DNA of 64,000 bases from an uncultured virus (IMG/VR IMGVR_UViG_2851443076_000002) (taxonomy: Duplodnaviria; Heunggongvirae; Uroviricota; Caudoviricetes): IMG/VR virus record IMGVR_UViG_2851443076_000002, positions 1-64,000 of that record, one strand, 5' to 3'. Numbering within the stretch: the first letter of the stretch is position 1; each line of letters begins with the position of its first letter. The notes beneath the pieces were generated by a model that saw nothing but the letters and a program-made list of their open reading frames with translations, was not told the DNA's origin and ran no database searches. Shown piece by piece: positions 60,701-64,000 of this stretch. Both the position numbers and the translations under genes were made by a program.

Positions 60701-61195
60701 CTAGTCTTGTTTCATTGGGGAATAACATAAATACTCTGACAAGAAATTATTTGCTTGCGCGAAAAGCAGAGCTTGTTCTTTATCAAAAAGATATTTGGCT
60801 TTATTACCATGTAATGCATTATTCCTTAACCTCATAACCACCATGAATATAGCCTCTACTTTATCTTTCTTAGTTGGGTTTTCCAATTCTAACTTGTTAC
60901 GTATTTTTGTAATTATGCCTCTATTGAAATTAGATAGAACCTCTAGTCTTCTTTCAGAACCCACTGCCATCAGATAACGATCTTTGAAGAAAGAAAAGTA
61001 TTGCTCAACATCGATATTTGTATCACGAACAAAAACTTCGGCATAAATGCCGGCCTTTCTAAAAGTTGCATTTCCACCTAGAAAGCGTGCTTCAGTATAC
61101 GAATACGCAAGACTAAGCTTTTGAAATTCATGCAACACCGACGCAGGGATGTCCTGAGAAAGCCCCAAAAAATCACGCATGTATTCAACATCCAT
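60701..61195 (-). CDS. HEPN-motif protein
   Basis: Helical; RLRNNALHGNK. Confidence 0.65.
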   Translation of the reverse strand: MDVEYMRDFLGLSQDIPASVLHEFQKLSLAYSYTEARFLGGNATFRKAGIYAEVFVRDTNIDVEQYFSFFKDRYLMAVGSERRLEVLSNFNRGIITKIRNKLELENPTKKDKVEAIFMVVMRLRNNALHGNKAKYLFDKEQALLFAQANNFLSEYLCYSPMKQD

Positions 61196-61487
61196 AAATA
61201 TCCCTCACATTTTCCATCACTTTTGATTAAAAAATAAAATATATTCTTAAATTGACATTTGTGAACATGCTATAGGTCCAAATGACTTAGCATGAATGGC
61301 GGTTCCAAAGAACCGCCACAACTCAGGCCCCACAACTGCAACTAGAACATTTTATTAACATATACGCGACTATAATGTCCAGTAAATCTACAAGCATTGC
61401 TGTCTGAATTTGTACTACCCCTATATCTTGTTGCCGATATTTATTTTTCAATTGTTATAAATCCTTGCATTTGTTAAACAGACTCCA

Positions 61488-61701
61488 TCAAGTCAAACTC
61501 GATAGCTGCACGACGATGGTGGATTGCTGCCAGGCGTCCATGGCAAATGTTCCCCCTGGTTCTCTCTGTAACCTGATATGTTTTATGGGAACTCCGGTCA
61601 TTCTAGCTACCTGTTCGGTTGTGATGCGCCCATGCTTTTTTACAAAATCAATAATCCTCCGAACATCCCACACCTTCTGCAGTAGGGTTCTTTTAGCCAT
61701 A
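61488..61701 (-). pseudogene. Probable truncated phage HTH gene at the edge of the low-GC block
   Basis: RBS GAGG, MAKR...IIDFVKKHGRITT..VA, then drifts into AT-rich DNA. Confidence 0.4.
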
Positions 61702-61702
61702 G

Positions 61703-62149
61703 TCAACACCTCGCCGCGTTGCGCAGGCAGCGGTTGCGCATTCTGGCCAGCAACCAGAGCTCGTTTGCTGTTGTTGTCATTCCAAGCATCGATGTATAAA
61801 CAGTCGCAGCTCGGCGCCACAGCTTTTTGTCTTCCAGCATCTTAGCCAAGGACAGTGCGTTTTGGACTTTTTTCACATCCTCTTCAGATAATGGTGTTGC
61901 AGTCTGCGGCAGGGCAACATCGGGAACCTCAACGCCTGCAACAACCCGGTAGACATACTGGCAACCGTTATGGGTACGATGGAGTTTTCCCGCGGCATGG
62001 AGCTGCCGCAGCAAGTTACCTGCTGTACTGGCTTGCAAGTCGAGCGCATCGCAGACATCCTGCAGGACGCATTCTGGCGTCCGGCTAACGATGGCAAGCA
62101 CCATCTGTGCTTTGGTTACTTTGGTTTTTGATTGTTTGGTCATGGTCAA
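61703..62149 (-). CDS. HTH protein with PerC-like C-terminus
   Basis: wHTH-like N-terminus; LEDKKLWRRAATVY. Confidence 0.7.
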   Translation of the reverse strand: MTMTKQSKTKVTKAQMVLAIVSRTPECVLQDVCDALDLQASTAGNLLRQLHAAGKLHRTHNGCQYVYRVVAGVEVPDVALPQTATPLSEEDVKKVQNALSLAKMLEDKKLWRRAATVYTSMLGMTTTANELWLLARMRNRCLRNAARC

Positions 62150-62156
62150 AACTCGT

Positions 62157-62876
62157 TTACTTGGTTAAACCTGCCGCCTTGCGGCGTTTGTACTCTTCCA
62201 TCAGAAGCTGTGCTGGTGTAGGCCCAGCCGGATGTCGCGGCGCTTCAAGCTGTCGGCGAATCGGCGGGATCGAGAATCCATTAGCCAGGTGCTTCGTCCA
62301 CTTCGTAAGTAATTTTTCTGCCAGTTTTTTTAGTTCCCCCTCTGTGAGGTTTCGCTCAACTCCCGTTCTGCGCATCTCAACGCAAATGTGATACAGCACG
62401 TCCTGTTTCCAGGGATATCTGTCGCTGCCCGAAAAGCGATAAGACTCATTGCGCCAGCGCTTGTATTCAGCCATCACAGCTTCGGACGTCAGGTTGAATG
62501 GGTTGGCTCCACTCGCCGAAACCAGCGCAACGAATTCAGCCAGATCCGGTGGCCATGTGTTACCCGCGGCGCAGCGTTCCATGCACTGGCGGCAGACCAG
62601 GGTAATCTGGGCATCACTCATCGATCCAATCTGGGCAATCCACATATCCGAGGGAGCCGCCCCGTTCTTCTGGGTCCACCGGTTCGAGAATATCTCCCCC
62701 ATGACCGTCCATAGCCGCCATGCCGTATCCGCCGCCAGCAAGTCCGCGTTGCTTCTCCCAGAGCTCTCTGGCTTCCTGAATTTGCTGGACTGCCCGGGAT
62801 GCGGTGTTAACTGATTGAATTCTTGCATTGCCGTTACCTCCGGTTGCTGGTTGTGGTTTGGATTTGGCTCTGGCAT
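62157..62876 (-). CDS. Replication protein P-like; start uncertain
   Basis: W..MGEIFSNRW..KNG, WPPDLAEF; overlaps the initiator gene. Confidence 0.75.
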   Translation of the reverse strand: MPEPNPNHNQQPEVTAMQEFNQLTPHPGQSSKFRKPESSGRSNADLLAADTAWRLWTVMGEIFSNRWTQKNGAAPSDMWIAQIGSMSDAQITLVCRQCMERCAAGNTWPPDLAEFVALVSASGANPFNLTSEAVMAEYKRWRNESYRFSGSDRYPWKQDVLYHICVEMRRTGVERNLTEGELKKLAEKLLTKWTKHLANGFSIPPIRRQLEAPRHPAGPTPAQLLMEEYKRRKAAGLTK

Positions 62877-63597
62877 TTATCACGCTGCGGGCAAATTTCT
62901 GCTCCCACTGAACCTGAGTGAACACTTTCCCCTCGGATTTCCAGTACGCGGTGAACTCTGCCAGCTCTGTCGGCAGGTATGCCGGTTCGGGAAGCGCTAT
63001 TCCCCAGGTAGCAGCCAGTCGCGGCCAGTCCTGTGACGGCAGCCAAAGGTCGTGCATGGCGAATTTCCCGATCGGAATATCCACTCCAGGCAGATACTGA
63101 GGTTCCTGAAAAACATTTCCCTTGTGCGCATAGAGAGTGGGGTTTGATCCTTTTCCCTTCCCTTCCCTTCCTTTTCCGTCAGTGAGTCCTCCATGAGGAT
63201 TCACTGAGTCCTCACTGAGCCCTCCTTGATTAGGAGCTCTCTTTTCTTCCTTTCCTGCCTTAGACTCAGTGAATTCTGGCGGAAGAGGTATTTTTGAGGC
63301 CGAAGGCCTGTTTATTTTTTGATGCTTAAGGAAACCTTTAATCTGCAAATAGCAGACATCATTCACTGAATACTCAGTGAGTAATCCATGAGTAATCAGT
63401 TCCTGTATTAGTGGTTCGCAATCGAGCGCGTCCGCAGGGAAGATTTGCATCTTCAACCGTTTTGGCGAACGCTCAAGGCATCCCATATCGTTGGCGAAGT
63501 TGAACAACCCGATAAACAGGAGACGCGCTGGAATTGAACATTCCACCACCTTCTCATCTGTCCAGAATTCAGGTTTAACTGTTCTGATGCGGGCCAT
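62614..63597 (-). CDS. Phage replication initiator with DnaT-like ssDNA-binding domain
   Basis: MARIRTVKPEFW...; GKFAMH..W.P, LAEF..YW..EG.....QWEQKFA. Confidence 0.85.
   Translation of the reverse strand: MARIRTVKPEFWTDEKVVECSIPARLLFIGLFNFANDMGCLERSPKRLKMQIFPADALDCEPLIQELITHGLLTEYSVNDVCYLQIKGFLKHQKINRPSASKIPLPPEFTESKAGKEEKRAPNQGGLSEDSVNPHGGLTDGKGREGKGKGSNPTLYAHKGNVFQEPQYLPGVDIPIGKFAMHDLWLPSQDWPRLAATWGIALPEPAYLPTELAEFTAYWKSEGKVFTQVQWEQKFARSVINARAKSKPQPATGGNGNARIQSVNTASRAVQQIQEARELWEKQRGLAGGGYGMAAMDGHGGDILEPVDPEERGGSLGYVDCPDWIDE
63150..63385. repeat. Probable helper origin iterons inside the initiator gene
   Basis: About six TCACTGA/TCAGTGA copies and a CCCTT-repeat tract. Confidence 0.55.
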
Positions 63598-63648
63598 CTG
63601 AAACCTCTTATTAGCCAGCTGGTGCTGGTGGTCATTGTCAAAACTCGA

Positions 63649-64000
63649 TTAGAAAAACTGCGGCGCTACGGCGCTGATGCTCGCCAGAAGTGGTCCCGCC
63701 GCATCTGCAGGAAGCATGTTAAAAAGTGCAATTGCTGCCTCCCGAATTTCACGCTCTAACTTCTGCAACGGAGCACCAAGCAATTTTGCCTGGTGCGCTT
63801 CGCTACACTCTTTGATTGCTTGAGCCACCAGCTCGCTTTCAGTCAATCCACGTTTCAATCCGTGTTTGCGCGCAATCTCAATAGGCATCGCATCAGCGAT
63901 CGCTCCTGAAAGCTGCATGACGTAGCTGGTGTACTTCTCTGATCCGGATTCGTTTTTCAGGTAGCGGTACAGATTCTGTTTATTGACGTTTATTCCGCGA
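63649..64000 (-). CDS. CII-like / YdaT-family protein, 5' end outside the window
   Basis: NKQNLYRYL...AIKECSEAHQAKLLGAP..KL.REI.E. Confidence 0.75.
   Translation of the reverse strand, partial: RGINVNKQNLYRYLKNESGSEKYTSYVMQLSGAIADAMPIEIARKHGLKRGLTESELVAQAIKECSEAHQAKLLGAPLQKLEREIREAAIALFNMLPADAAGPLLASISAVAPQFF

Overview
The window is almost entirely the replication, late-control, lysis, head and tail region of a lambdoid/HK97-type prophage, transcribed on the minus strand. The gene content is enterobacterial and Klebsiella-like (inferred, not tested). The main feature is a 16,274-bp satellite (29148-45431) inserted into the codons just after the Walker B motif of the prophage terL gene, splitting it into 45409-46056 and 28061-29157; excision would rebuild a 573-aa ORF. 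The satellite looks like a helper-embedded capsid-forming PICI: integrase, three AlpA proteins, a P4-like primase-helicase with a TGTTCACC iteron origin, and its own capsid, protease, portal, head-completion, HNH, TerS and TerL genes. Unusually, it also carries an intact tail-tip protein I homologue and an Mrr-like nuclease. The helper prophage has a ~3,700-aa multi-lectin central tail fibre with a ~750-bp internal duplication. It also has a low-GC block encoding an ABC-ATPase/TOPRIM fusion, an adenine methyltransferase and two convergent HEPN-motif genes, a small membrane-protein gene behind an RcsAB-like box, two copies of a structured RNA-like element, and a GGDEF+EAL pair next to the tail fibre. 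Several frameshifts at 23.2-25.9 kb look like long-read errors. All calls come from reading the sequence; no database searches were run.
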